Shown one piece after another: positions 15,130 through 27,080 of a stretch of 64,000 nucleotides of DNA. The stretch is from the human T2T-CHM13v2.0 reference genome, Homo sapiens. A model generated the notes under the pieces. The model saw nothing but the letters and a program-made list of their open reading frames with translations. It was not told the origin of the DNA and made no database searches. The translations under genes and the position numbers were made by a program. Position 1 is the stretch's first letter. The number at the start of each line of letters is the position of its first letter. The DNA lies in assembly GCF_009914755.1 (NCBI RefSeq), contig NC_060937.1. One strand, 5' to 3'.

Positions 15130-15870
15130 AGGGTCACCCTTGACTCCACCCCATCTCTATTCCTCACTTATGGCAGCCAATCAACCACCAAGTATTGTCT
15201 ATTTTATTTTGTCCTCTTTGCATCCCAACCTCTATTTCTCTATTCCATGTCTTTGTCCACTGCTTTTTTACTGCCACAAAGGACTCCTACCAAATTTCTC
15301 TGCTTCCAGTCATGTCACTCTCAAATCCCGTGCTGCACCTAAATTGCAAATCTGACACTATCACTCTCCTGCTTAGCACCCTTCAGCAAATTCCCATTGC
15401 TTTGAAGACTAAAGATCCTTAATATGGCTTATAAGTCCTTTCAGACTCTGCCTCTGCCTCTTCCTAGTATGCTGGTTTCGCTAATAACCACCCCCTGCCT
15501 CCAATTTTCTGCCCTAACAGCATGAAGCCTCTCAGAATTTTCCTCCACAAATTCTATTTCCCACCTGCAAACTTTAGCTCCTGCTGCTCCTTTCCTTCCA
15601 CATTTCACTCTCCCCATTCCAGTGCCCTGGCTAAATTTTACTAGTTCTAATTTTAATTTATTTACTTATTTTATGGGGAAAAAAATCCCAAGCCCTTTTT
15701 ACCTTTCTCCCAAGATAGAGTTACAGCCCATTCAGTGGTTTCCAACACATTGCCTCATCTCTGGTTGCCTGCTTCCTTATGTCTATTTCACCCACTCATT
15801 GCTCCATTCATCTTGTATCCCCAATACCTAGCAAGGGGCTTTGTCACAGAAAGAAATCAAAATCAATTTG
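15130..15870 (+). mobile_element. L2 fragment
   Basis: ccttgactcc...caaatctgacactatcactctcctgctta...tatccccaatacctagc. Confidence 0.6.
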
Positions 15871-17055
15871 CTGAACCTTTTAATCCACCAGTAACAAGAT
15901 TTACTATGTTGTTGGCTGAGATCAGGGTTGTGGTCTGCAGCCAGGTAATTTTCTGTGTAGTGAGTCTTTCCAAGGAACTGGTCTTAAATTCATGATTATT
16001 ATTCTCAAATTAACTAAATTAGAATGCAGACACTATATTCTGAACATTTTGCAAAACAGTGAGATATTGCAGCAAATCTGATCTGGACCAGCTCCTGAGA
16101 ATTGAGGATTCTGTGCTGCATGCTGCTAAACCTCAGACAGAAGGGCTCAGCCAATTTTAAATCATACACTTTTTACAAATCAAAGACCATACTTAATGTT
16201 TCCAAGCTCTTTAAAAAATTTATTCCTTTTTTTCATATTGTAAGGAATGATTTTCCTTATAATAATTTTCATAATATTGTAAGGAATGAAGTGTTATTCT
16301 GATATATATTATGTATTTAAATGATCAGAATCAGTAAGTTAAGTGGAGCTGAAATGCCCCAAAGTGAAGAATGTTAGGTAATGTTATACCTTAGATGCAA
16401 ACTTAAGTCACTTTCTTTTAGGAACACAATGGATTTATGTACCTTATCCCACTCCCTGGAAAATCAACAAAATTTAAAGGTCGTAAAACTCAGTGGGACC
16501 ACATTGTTCTACGTCAAAGACAAAATAATTACCATGGCAAGATAAGAAAGACTAGGAGATGTTCACAAAGTATTATAAAGGACTGCTTCCAAAAGAATAC
16601 ATATATGTAATAAAACTAAGTTAAACAGAATATTATGAAAACATAATATTTCCCAGGTAATACCTGGGAAATTACCTCCTTCCAAAGATTTAATAATAGA
16701 ATATGCATTGGGAATTCAAAGCAGACATTCCTCCCCAAAGGCAAATTTAGGAATCAGAGACTGTGTCCCCTTATGGTTGTTGTTACTCTGGCAAGGTGAA
16801 AGAAAATCTTTTAAAAACAATAGATTCTAATTCAAATTAAAGAACCACCTGGATGTCTGTAAAATGTGGAAAAGACTAGTGACCTTTTCTGTTGTAGTCT
16901 CACTATTTGGGCAACAACATAACTCCCGATGGTCAGCAGCTGCCGTAGACTAGGCATGGGACACATGGAGATCTGTCTTCAAACAACTCAGAGTTACTGA
17001 TGATGAGCTTTTTCCCTTATTATTTCTTGGTTTAAAAAAAAATCATATTACCTAC

Positions 17056-17106
17056 CTTCAGAATCAAACTCATGTCCAAAATCATAATGCAGAATGACTC
17101 ATAAGT
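17056..17106 (-). other. Candidate 51-nt exon
   Basis: Minus strand: ctttttctatctcttttctgccttaacatgcaccatAG|ACTTATG...CTGAAG|GTaggt; one open frame TYESFCIMILDMSLILK; no recognised protein. Confidence 0.2.
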
Positions 17107-17174
17107 CTATGGTGCATGTTAAGGCAGAAAAGAGATAGAAAAAGTTTTTCAAAATTCTCCCTCCTTAATACCAT

Positions 17175-18900
17175 GCCTCAGTAAAAGAAACCGGGGTTTG
17201 TCCATAGAAATGGCTGATTCCAGGGTAAGGCAGGGAAAGTGTAAAGTGAGGCCTGGAACACCTTGTTGTTCTAGAAAATGAGGAAGTACTTGAATAAAAA
17301 GATGGGATTGTGTCATGGAAATGCAGGAGCCACTCTGGAAGCATCAAAAGCATAATCCACAAAGGTAAATATTGATAACTTAGACTTGATCAAAATCAAA
17401 ACTTCTGCTCTTTGAAAGACACTGTTCAGAAAAAGATGAAAAAACAAGTTACAGACTGAGAAAATATTTGCAAAAGGCATGTCTTATCAAGTAACATATC
17501 CAGGATATTTAAGGAACTCTCAGAACTTAATCATATTAAAACAACCCTATTACAAAATGATCAAAAGATTTTGAAGAGATGCTTCATCAAAGAAGATGGA
17601 TGGATGGCAAACAGGCATATGAAATAATGTTCACTGACCATCAGGAAAAAAAAAATTGAAATCACATATATGTTCAACTGATTTTCAACGAAAGTGCAAA
17701 GGCAGTTCTATGGTGAAAGGACAGTTTTTACAACAAATAATGTTGGAACAATCGTACATCCATATGCAAAGAAAACAAAACAGACAAAAAACAACCTTGA
17801 CTTCTAGCATATACAGAAAATAGACCAATATGTAAAATCTAAAGCAATTAAACTGCTAGAAAAAAGTATGCTAGAAATCTTTGTGACCCTGAGTGAAATA
17901 ACGATTTCCTAGATACAACACAAAAACCACAATGAAATACCATTATACATAGATAAGAATAGCTAAAATTAAAAAGACAGACTATACAAAATGTTGGCAA
18001 GGATGTCAAGCAACTACAATTGTCATATACTGCTGGTAGAAACAAAAAATGGTACAGCCACTTTGGAACACAGTTTGGGTTATAAAGTTCAGCATACATA
18101 GACCATATAACCCAGCAGTCTTAATCCTAGTCATTTACCCAGGAGAAATGAAAACTTAAGTTCACCCGAATCTTTCAAACAAAATGTTTATGGTAGCTTT
18201 ATTCATAATCACTATAAACTGAAAAGAAAATAGAACAAATGTCCTTCAACTGACACATATGATACCAAAAATGTGATATAGCCATGCAATGGTATACTAC
18301 TCAGCAATAAAAGGAAACAAAATAATGTCATACACAACAACATGGATGAATCTCAAATGCATCATCCTGAGTAAAAGAGGCCAGACTCATAAGGCTACAT
18401 TAGACACAGAAAGTAGATTAGTGGCTTCCTGAGGCTGGGAGGTTGGGAGAAAATGGGGAAATGAGAATGCCAATAAATGGGTGTTGAGTTTCTTTCTGAA
18501 GTGATGAAAATGTTCTCAAATTGTGAAAAAAACTGCATGATTTTGTGAATATACCAAAAACCATTGAATTATATATTTTAAAGGGGAAATTGTATGATAC
18601 ATAAATTTTATCTCAAGAAAGCTCTTTTTAATAAAAAAGTTACATATTGCATGATTCCATTTATATGGCTTTCTGGAAAAGGGAAAACTATAGGCACAGA
18701 AAACAGGTCACTGATTGTCAGAGCAGGTGGAAGGGTTGACTAGAAAGGACTTGAGGGAACTGTCTGGGAGTGATGGATCCATGTTATATCTTGGTTGTGG
18801 TGGGGGTTACACATTTGTACGTGCTTGTCAAAACTCAACTATTATAAACAGGATTAAATTTACTGCAAGTAAATAATACCTCAATGAACTTGACTTTTAA
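17175..18900 (+). mobile_element. Old L1M (MC/MD-like) ORF2 3' part and 3'UTR, rearranged, with nested L1MB-like 3' end (~18401-18635)
   Basis: Degenerate homology to the L1PA ORF2 at 62290-63400; nested piece flanked by aaggctacat/aagttacat. Confidence 0.8.
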
Positions 18901-19349
18901 ATATCTGTATACACATTTTCCATCAGAAAAACTGTGTTTTGCTTTATGGTTTTAATTTGTATATTGGAGTGATAAGACTATTCACCAACCCTCCCCCACC
19001 AATACTGTATTAGTGCACAATCATAATACCTTTGAATTCATGATGTCATTCCATTTTTTACCATGAAAGTAGTTCCATTCCACTTTTTAAATTGTTTTGA
19101 ATAAACATAAGAGGTAATGCAGACATGTGCATTTCCAGTCACAATTATAAAGCTATTAACTAGACCTGAATCCATTTATTTTGGCTTTATGAATAAGAGA
19201 AATTCAGTTTACATACGCTTATTATTAAGTTAACAATGGGCTTTACATTCTGAAAAAGCATGTGCCTAATTAAGAGAAACATTCCAAAATTTAATTATTT
19301 CAGTCTTGAATGCTTTTAAAGAGTATGTTAGGTTTTTCTACTAGGAAAG

Positions 19350-20230
19350 TTGTATTTTTTTAAATCAGAAAAATTGTGAAATACAGAAAGTTTGCAAGAA
19401 TCAGAATAGTATAAAGAATTTCTAAATAACATTTACCCAGATTCACTGACCTTTTACCCACATGTTGTCATTTGCTCTCTTTTATATGTATGGGGCTAGT
19501 TCTGTGCTTTCTAGTCTGTTCCATTGATCTATCCTTTGTCTATTCTTTTGCTAATAGCAACTGACCCTGATTAATGCAACAGTCCATAAATCTTTGTCTT
19601 AGTCCATTTTCTGTTGCTCTAGCAGAATGCCACAGAGTGGGTAATTTATAGAGAACAGGTGCCTATTCAGCTCATGGCTCTGGAGGCTGGCAAGTCCAAG
19701 AGCATGGTGCTGGCATCTGATAAGCATCATCCCATGGGGGACTGGTGGGTGGCAGAAGTGAGTGAGACAGGGCAAAGCACCAGGGACCAGATTCACTTTA
19801 TAACAACCCACTCTTGAGTTAACTAACCCACTCCTGTGGTAATGGCATTAATCCATTCCTGAGGGCTCTACTCTCCTGACCCAATTACCTTTTATTTGGC
19901 CCCACCTCCCAACACTGTTGCATTGGGGATTAAATTTCCAACACATGAACTTTTGGAGAACACATGCAAAACATAGCAATTTTGAAATCAGGTAGTATGG
20001 TTTTCCAACTTTGTCCTTCTTTTTCAAAACTGCTTTTACTATCCTAGCTCCACTGCCTTCCCTTTTAAGTTTCTGAGTCATCTTGTCAACCTCTACAAAA
20101 AGTCCAGCTGAAGTCTGATTGGGAATGCATTGAATCTATAAATCCACTAGAGAAGAATTGATTTTAACAATATTGACGACTTCCATGCAAGGACACAGTA
20201 TCTCTCTCCACTTATTCAGATACTTAATTT
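19350..20230 (-). mobile_element. Old L1M fragments split by an MST LTR
   Basis: ctgttccattgatctat, ccaactttgtccttctttttcaaaactg, ctgattgggaatgcattgaatctata are antisense L1 ORF2 motifs. Confidence 0.7.
19595..19977 (-). mobile_element. MSTC/MSTD-like solo LTR
   Basis: tgtcttagtccattttctgttgct...ggaggctggcaagtccaagagcatggtgc...cattaatccattc...aaacatagca. Confidence 0.8.
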
Positions 20231-21308
20231 TTTTCTAAGGAAAAAATTAGTTTTTATTTCTGGCATCTTCTTTTTCACCCCTGCCTATCCCTCACTCAAT
20301 TCTTCAAAGTCAAGTTTCGACATCTGAAAGAATGTGCTTAAAACAGGGACAAAAGTAATATTTTTATATTTTTAGGTTTTCAGTTACTAACATATTAATA
20401 GCCCTCTGTATCTAAAAGTTTCGACTGAATAATGACTCAGAATATCTTGGCTAACTTCCTTAATTATGAGTGAATTAGCTATATACTGCTGGCCTATTCT
20501 TTTTTATTAAACAATGGTAATTATTTCAAACATCAGAAAATAATCATGAGAACATAAAATCTAACAAATCAGCACCCTCTGTGCCAGATAGCATTCCCTT
20601 CATGGATCAGAAATTGTATGTGATTATCTCATTCACAAGGTTCAAAATAAATTGCATACATGGATAATCTAACCCCAGTATCAACAGGTCAGTTTAAACA
20701 CATACCCTTGAAGCCTGTAACAGAGGCAGGGGTCAGCATTAATATAAGGAGAATCTATTAACTGAGAAGAACACACACAACCATATTCAAAGACTATGAT
20801 TGTGACAGCAATTGGTAAACTGACTATTTTTCAAAAAGTCTCTTTGTTCTTAATGGCACATAAACCATTGTTGGACAGTGACAGTGACACACTGTCACTG
20901 TCATGAACAGCAGGAGTGAGTACTGGTGCATGCAAGGGATCAAAGGCTGTGATGAAAGGGTCCGTAATTAATAATAATTGCTTCCCAAGTGTCTATTTTA
21001 CATAAAGATTCCACTTCATAAGGGACACATTCAAGACCACTGGATAGGCGTAATATTTTCACTGTGGGTGGTCCTTTCTTGGAATGATATTCAAAGGCTC
21101 TGCATGGGACTAGCAAAACATCATTAATAAGAATGATAGAGAAGAACTGTAGGGACCAAGCACACCTTGCCAAGGGCAACATCTTGCAATGCACCAGCAA
21201 CAGTGAAAAAACAGCCCATGAAGCTTCTGAAGTGAAGGTCTCCACCCAAAGACAATGAAGGCACAGTTACATATTTAGCCAGTTTTTTTAATTTAATGGG
21301 TGCCTTTT

Positions 21309-21459
21309 TGGAGGTGGTGACCAAGAATGAGGATGATGCTTTGGGATACCTTACTTGCAGGATTTGTTGTATACTTATTCTGGAGGTGGTGACCAAGAAT
21401 GAGGATGATGCTTTGGGATACCTTACTTGCAGGATTTGTTGTACACTTATTCTGGAGGT
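21309..21459. repeat. 72-bp tandem duplication (2 copies plus 7-bp remnant)
   Basis: 21309-21380 equals 21381-21452 with one mismatch (T21372/C21444), followed by tggaggt. Confidence 0.97.
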
Positions 21460-21463
21460 AATT
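21427..21463 (-). other. Candidate 37-nt exon (42 nt with the alternative donor)
   Basis: Minus strand: gtttttttctcttttattcAG|AATTACC...CCTGCAA|GTaagg; strong polypyrimidine tract; open frames ITSRISVQQILQ and NYLQNKCTTNPA. Confidence 0.4.
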
Positions 21464-21715
21464 CTGAATAAAAGAGAAAAAAACTTTATTAATGCTTTTA
21501 AATGAAGTTAAACTTAAAAATGTAAAGCATCAGGAACCCTGCAAAGAGCAACCAGAATAATATCCCACAAAATGAGAAAATTGAAATATGTCAATACATT
21601 TAAGCTAATATTAGAAAATCATTCATTTTAGTCTTCATGGGAAAGCACAGAAATACAATTAATGGAATACAATTTAGAAATTATTTTGATAATCATCTAA
21701 TAATTATGAATCACT

Positions 21716-22495
<780 letters not shown>

Positions 22496-22599
22496 CTTAT
22501 GAAAGGCTCATCTACCTTTCAAAGTTGCTCCTTGGATTTCATTCTATAACTTTCTTTTTAACTCTCCTTGTGTTTTCTCAGCTACCAATAACACCATTA

Positions 22600-23410
22600 C
22601 TTGTCCTATGACTCTGGATTAAGCAATCTACTTTGACTTCTCCCTCTCCTGTACTTCCTATAATCAATCACTTAATCTGGCAGCTTCTATACAGATGTAG
22701 ATCTCAAAGTTATCTACCAGTCTCCATTTTTTCTGCCATACCACAAGTAAAAGTCTTCATCATTTGTCTTCTAAAAGGTCTCCTTTCCTCATTCTTTTGC
22801 CTCTTTAATATACTCTTTAATCGCTAAAGAGGAATAATTTTCTTACTAAATCAAAATCATTGTTTTATTAAAATGCATGTCAGGACATATCATCCCATAA
22901 ATGCAAGTCAGACACTTTAACAACCCCCAGTTTCCTACAGAATGTTCTGAACAGTTGAGCATGGAATTCAAGATGTTTCATTATCTGATCCCAATTTTTC
23001 CTTCTAGTTGTTTCGCCTGCATCCCTGCATACTTCTACAGTCACATCACACCAGAATCAATGCCCAAACAGACCAGACTTTTTCACATCTCCGTGTTTTC
23101 AAATGTTGTTGTCTTCCCCCTCCTCCCTACCCACTGAACTTTCAACAAGCTGATTCAACTACTGACAACTTTCTGACTGTCTTCTCCAATAGGCGTGTGT
23201 CCCCCCAGCCATTCACATCCCCATCTACTGCCCTTGGGTAGATCTGTCCTTTTCCCTGAACACCTTGAATATGCCTCCATTGTTATAGTAAAGTTTTCAT
23301 TAAAGTTTAACCTCTACTTAGTCAAGTACTAAAGGTTGTAAATTTTTGACAGCATGGCATATGAACCTTTGCATCCCTCATACAACAGTACAATGCTTGA
23401 TAGGCTAAAT
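22600..23410 (+). mobile_element. Degraded L2
   Basis: ctttgacttctccctctc...aatcaatcac...catggaattcaagatgtttcattatctg...acaacagtacaatgcttga. Confidence 0.5.
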
Positions 23411-24274
23411 GCAATGTGTTGTGGATCTGGGGTCTTAGAAGTGGGAGGAACTCTTCAGAAAAAATTTTCTTTTCTAGCCAGAAGTCAAGTCCAGATGTGG
23501 TGCAAATAAATACTCTTGCTCCATTATCAAAAATAAAAGATTACGAACAAGGCCAAGTAAGCTTTTGGCTCCTTCAAAATTCTAACAATATTACAATACA
23601 GCATCAGCTACTTCACTCCTACTCGGAAACTGACAAATATGACTATGTTAAATTCAATTAGAATCAGGACCCAGAGGTGCTCCAATCCCTTTGTATTCTC
23701 ATCCTTGTCTGTCTGACATATTGGGCAGAATCAAATAAGTGAAAGGTGGCTTCTGAATACAGTAAAACTTTGAAAAACAGAGCTCTCCCCGCCCTTTTTT
23801 TTTTTTTTTTGCATTCTGCTGTGAAATTAAGAAAGAAAATAAGGTGCTACCAGAACTCATGCGATAGCGCTTTCTTTTAGGCACATATTATAGCATTCAG
23901 ATGAAAGTTCTGTAATCACACACACACTGTGCCTCTAACAACAAACACGGTGACTCTGAGCAAAGTCTCTCAATTTCTCTGGGTCACTATTTCCTCATCT
24001 GTAAAATGAATGGCTGAGGCTAACTTAGCACTAAACTTTAGTGAGCTTATTAAGCATCAGTTTATTGAAACTGGTGTTCACAATAATAAACATAAGTGAA
24101 GGCAAGATATTTAGTAACAAAAATTTAAGTATTAAATTATACATAGCATATAACACGTTTATAAAGATAGCAAAAGAAGCCAACATAATTTTGAAAGATT
24201 TTTAACAAAACTGATAAATATTTTCATGGCCTTCAACAAGAAATTTCAATTAATAAGGACATTCCATCCATACA

Positions 24275-26599
24275 TGATATGGTTTGGATATCTGTCCCCT
24301 CCAAATCTCATGTTGAAGATGTTGCAGGTGGGACCTAGTGGGAAGTACTGGATCATGGGGGCAGGTCTCTCATGAATGGCTTAGTACCATCCCCTTGGTG
24401 GTAAGTGAGTTCTCACTCAATTAGTTCACATGAGATCTGGTTGTTTAAAAGAGTCTGGGACCTCCCCCTTCACTCTCTCACTCCCACTCTTGCCATGTGA
24501 CACACCTGCTCCCCCTTTGCCTTCCACCAAGATTAGGAGCTTCCTGAAGCCCACACCAGAAGCTGAGCAGATGTCAGCGCCATGTTTCCTGTACAGCCAG
24601 CAGAACCGTGAGTCAATAAAACGTCTTTATTAATGATCCAGCTGCAGGTATTTCTTTATAGCCATACAAGAACAGACTAACACAGAAAATTGGCACTAAG
24701 GAGTGGGGTGCTGAAAATGTGAAAGCAGCTTTGGAACTTGGTAATGGCCAGAGGTTGGAGGAGTTTGGAGGTCAAAGAAGAAGACAGGAAGATGAGGGAA
24801 AGTTTGGAACTTCTTAGAGACTGGTTAAATGGTTGTGACCAAAACGCTGATAGAAATATGGAAAGTGAAGTCCAGACTGAGATCTCAGATGGAAATAAGG
24901 AAGTTATTGGGAACTAGAGTAATGGTCACCCCTGTTACACCCTGGCGAAGAACTTGGCTGTACTGTGTTTATGCCCTAGGGATGTGTGGAAGTTTGCACT
25001 TCAGAGTGATGACCTAGGGTATCTGGCAGAAGAAATTTCTAAGCAGTAAGACATTCAAGAAGTGGCCTAGTGGCTTCTAACAGCTTATAATCAGATAACG
25101 GGACCAAAGAAATGACTTCAAATTGGAATTTATATTTAAAGAGAAAGCAGTGACTGGACATGGTGGCTCATGCTATAAACCCAGCAATTTGGGAAGCTGA
25201 GGTGGGAAGATTGTTTGAACCCAGGAGTTTGGGACTAGACCTGGCAACATAGTGACACTCCATCTCTACAAAAAAATAAAAATCAGCCAGCCATGATGGC
25301 ACATCCCTGTAGTCCCAGCTACTCAAGAGGCTGAGGCTGGAGGATCTCTTGAGCCCAGAAGATTGAAGCTGCAGTGAGCCATGATCACACCACTGCAGTC
25401 CAGCCTGAGTGACAGGGCAAGATCCTGTCCCTAAATAAATAATAAATAAATAATAGGAGCAGAGCATAAAAGTCTGGAAAACTTGCAGCCTGGCCCTGTG
25501 GTCGAGAAGGATTCCAAGCACACTAAGGAGCAACCACCTGCTAGAGAGATTACTATGACTAAAAGGGTGCCAAGTGTTACTATCCAAGACAACAAGAAAA
25601 AGGCCTAGAAAGCATTTCAGAAATCTTTGAGGCAGCCACTCCCATCACAAACCCAGAAGCCTAGAAGGAGAAAGCAGTTTCAGGGGCCAGGCCCAGGGCC
25701 CCACCACCCTGATCAGCCTTAGGATACTGCTCCCCACATTCTGGCTCAGGACACCACTTTAGACGGGGCGAGCCATCAGCCTTGGTGGCCGCCATGTGGT
25801 GTTAAGCCTGTAGGCCTATGGAATGCAAGAGCGAAGGGGGCTTGGTGGCTTCCACACGGATTTCAGAGGATGTATGGGAAAGCCTGAGCGTCCAGACAGA
25901 GCCTGCTGCACAGCCTCTACTAGGGCAGTGTGGAGGGAAAATGTGGGGTTGGAACCCCAGTACACAGTCCCCACCAGGGCACTACCTAGTGGAGCTGTGG
26001 CAAGGGGGCTGCCGCCCTCTAGTCCCACCTGCAGTAGATACGGTGGCAGATCTACTACTAAAAAAGGATGATTGTGTTTTACAACGTGAGAAGGACATGA
26101 GATCTGTGGGGGCCACATGCAGAAAGATATTGTTTGGATATCTGACCCCTGCATATCTCATGTTGAGATGTGATCCCCAGTGTTGGAGATGAGGCCTCAT
26201 GGGAGGTGTCGGATAGTAACACTTGATACCCTATTAGTCATAGTAATCTCTCTGACAGGTGTTGCTCCTCAGCGTGCTTGGAAGCCCTCATGAACGGCTC
26301 AGCCCCAACCCCTTGATGATGAGTGAGTTCTTGCCCAGTTAGTTTATGCAAGATGTGGTTGTTTAAGAGTCTTGGAGCTCCCCCTTTGCTCTCTCATTCC
26401 TGCTCTGGCCATGACACACCTGCTCCCCCTTTGTCTTCTGCCATGATTGGAAGCTTCCTGAGGCCCTCACCAGAAGCTGAGCAGATGCTGGCACCATGCT
26501 TTCCGTACGGCCTGCAGAACAATGAGCCAATTAAACCTCTCTTCATAAACTACCCAGCCTTAGGCATTTCTTAATGTAATGCAAGAGCAGACCAACACA
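24275..26599 (+). mobile_element. MST (MaLR) provirus: 5' LTR 24275-24684, internal 24685-26124, 3' LTR 26125-26599
   Basis: Two similar LTRs (tgatatggtttggata...actaacaca) flanking MaLR-int motifs (gaagaagacaggaagatgagggaaagtttggaacttc, gaagaaatttctaagcag, gtccccaccagggcactacctagtggagctgtg). Confidence 0.88.
25152..25455 (+). mobile_element. AluJ nested in MST internal region
   Basis: ggaggatctcttgagcccagaagattgaagctgcagtgagccatgatc; (TAAA)n tail. Confidence 0.92.
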
Positions 26600-27030
26600 C
26601 TATCACACCGTTCAGTTAATCAAGGTACTACTGTGAATATTAAAATATTACACTAGTCTCACAGAGTGTAGAATAGTAACAGACTTTGTAGATGAGCTGT
26701 GGGGCCTTGGACAGGTCACCTAACCTCCAATTCATTACATGAAAAATAGGAATAATTCCTGCCTCGCGGTAGGGAACAGATAAGGTTATAAAGATTGAAT
26801 GAGATAACATACATGCAATGCCTATAATATAGCAGTTACTAAATAAATATTAGGTGTTAATTACCCTTTCTCCACCATCTCCAGCAAAGTTCAATAGGAC
26901 ATTTTGACAACACATAATTGGAAGTTACCTCTCAACTGTATAATGCGCTTCTTTATTTTTCATCATTCAATGTTCTCTCATAATGATGAAATATTTTTTC
27001 ACCAATAGAACTTGCTTCAAAGTCACTTAC

Positions 27031-27080
27031 TTCCTCTGCTTACCAGATGACACGATGATGATATCATTTTTAAAAGGCCA
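27031..27080 (-). other. Candidate exon with two donors (37 or 50 nt)
   Basis: Minus strand: tttgtAG|TGGCCTTTT...CATCTG|GTaagc and ...AGAGGAA|GTaagt; weak pyrimidine tract. Confidence 0.25.

Noticed and set aside
21412-21422. Minus-strand GTATCC as a U12-type donor
   Set aside because: It reads GTATCCCAA; the U12 consensus needs GTATCCTT.
21309-21459. 72-bp repeat as a CRISPR-like array
   Set aside because: There are only two abutting copies, no unique spacers and no cas genes, in a eukaryotic context.
23848-23914. Bona fide SECIS element or C/D snoRNA
   Set aside because: It has CUGA rather than RUGA, no 3' internal loop, no terminal box D and no selenoprotein ORF nearby; kept only as an unclassified hairpin.
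25816-26574. Overlapping 72-124 aa ORFs
   Set aside because: They lie within non-coding MST internal and LTR sequence and show no recognisable domain.
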